DNA of 24,000 nucleotides from Tumidithrix elongata BACA0141 (lineage in GTDB: Bacteria > Cyanobacteriota > Cyanobacteriia > Pseudanabaenales > Pseudanabaenaceae), in assembly GCF_036349135.1 (NCBI RefSeq), contig NZ_JAZBJZ010000053.1, positions 1 through 24,000 of the forward strand. The letters run 5' to 3'. Positions 23,244 to 24,000 of this stretch are shown here, piece after piece. The notes below the pieces were generated by a model. That model was given only the letters and a program-made list of their open reading frames with translations. It made no database searches and had not been told where the DNA came from. The position numbers and the translations under genes were made by a program. Each line of letters starts with the position of its first letter. The first letter of the stretch is position 1.

Positions 23244-24000
23244 ATGACCTGCAACTGTTCAATTAGCCAAGCTGCCGCTGCGATGGCAGCCACTGCTGTA
23301 TATATAGACCCAAGTACGAGACTTAATGGGGTTAGCACCGACAGTCGAAAGCTCAAGCAAGACGAGCTTTTTGTGGCTTTAACAGGTGAAAATTTTGACG
23401 GTCATGGCTTTGTGTCCAAAGCGATCGCCCAAGGCGCAGTTGCCGCAGTAGTGAGCAAGCAATGGTGGGAAGATTGGCAAAAACAACAGGTCGATCCGAT
23501 CGCTTTACCGATGCTAGTTGTGGCAGATACGCTCAAGGCATACCAAGACTTAGCCAGATGGTGGCGGCAGCAAACAAATTTGCCAGTAATCGCTGTTACA
23601 GGATCCGCAGGGAAAACCACGACTAAAGAGCTGATTAGTGCCTTGCTCGGTTGTTGCACCCAAGCCGATAAACGCGTTCACAAAAGTACGGCAAACCATA
23701 ACAATGATATTGGTGTCGCCCAGACGTTATTGGCGATCGATCCGCAGCAGCACCAATTTGTGGTTGTAGAGATGGGTATGCGCGGCAAAGGGGAAATCGC
23801 GCGGCTTGCCAAGGTTGCCTATCCAACCGTGAGCGTCATTACCAATATCGGGACTGCCCACATCGGTAGACTGGGTTCTCAAGAAGCGATCGCTTCGGCA
23901 AAATGCGAACTACTGGCTGAGATGTCCGCAGAGGGAATTGCGGTATTAAATGCCACGGATTTACTGCTCCTGTCAACCGCAAAACAGGTATGGCATGGGC
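23244..24000 (+). CDS. murF: UDP-N-acetylmuramoyl-tripeptide--D-alanyl-D-alanine ligase, 5' partial (runs off the window)
   Basis: Hand translation from ATG 23244 gives STDSRKLKQDELFVALTGENFDGHGF, IAVTGSAGKTTTKE, NHNNDIGV, VVEMGMRGKGEI and NIGTAHIGRLGS. The frame stays open to position 24000. Confidence 0.9.
   Translation, partial: MTCNCSISQAAAAMAATAVYIDPSTRLNGVSTDSRKLKQDELFVALTGENFDGHGFVSKAIAQGAVAAVVSKQWWEDWQKQQVDPIALPMLVVADTLKAYQDLARWWRQQTNLPVIAVTGSAGKTTTKELISALLGCCTQADKRVHKSTANHNNDIGVAQTLLAIDPQQHQFVVVEMGMRGKGEIARLAKVAYPTVSVITNIGTAHIGRLGSQEAIASAKCELLAEMSAEGIAVLNATDLLLLSTAKQVWHG

Noticed and set aside
23402-23826. Two minus-strand ORFs (85 and 63 aa) at the right end
   Set aside because: They are antisense to the clearly recognisable murF reading frame and are shadow ORFs.

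Overview
This is a cyanobacterial chromosomal segment. The evidence is many HIP1 palindromes (GCGATCGC, e.g. 1168-1175, 3272-3279, 4358-4365, 4563-4570, 6063-6070) and a form-IB rbcL-rbcX-rbcS operon at 7757-10093. Most of the window is ordinary housekeeping: hisZ, secD-secF, sbcD, thrC, a YrdC/TsaC-type enzyme, rpiA, a gamma-tocopherol-methyltransferase-like gene, hisA and the 5' part of murF. No rRNA, tRNA, CRISPR array, transposase or integrase is visible. Four things deserve a second look. (1) Three tandem, co-oriented paralogs (2434-6283, minus strand) encode an atypical protein: J domain, helical module, hypervariable low-complexity linker, two TPR units and a C-terminal GGFFGWLGG motif. 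They lie divergent from rbcLXS. (2) A 1.47-kb gene-free, AT-rich spacer (6284-7756) separates that array from rbcL. It is far longer than any other gap here and contains palindromes, NtcA-like sites, a purine tract and a hairpin. (3) A 372-380 aa ORF (22071/22095-23213) has a C-terminal half that resembles a phycobiliprotein globin-like core by eye. The bilin-binding Cys is replaced by Ser while the adjacent Arg-Asp is kept. (4) A methyltransferase gene at the left edge lacks the host CGATCG/HIP1 signature and is bracketed by strong stem-loops. Several intergenic spacers also carry short 12-14-nt tandem repeats. All functional calls come from by-eye motif recognition, and no database search was run.
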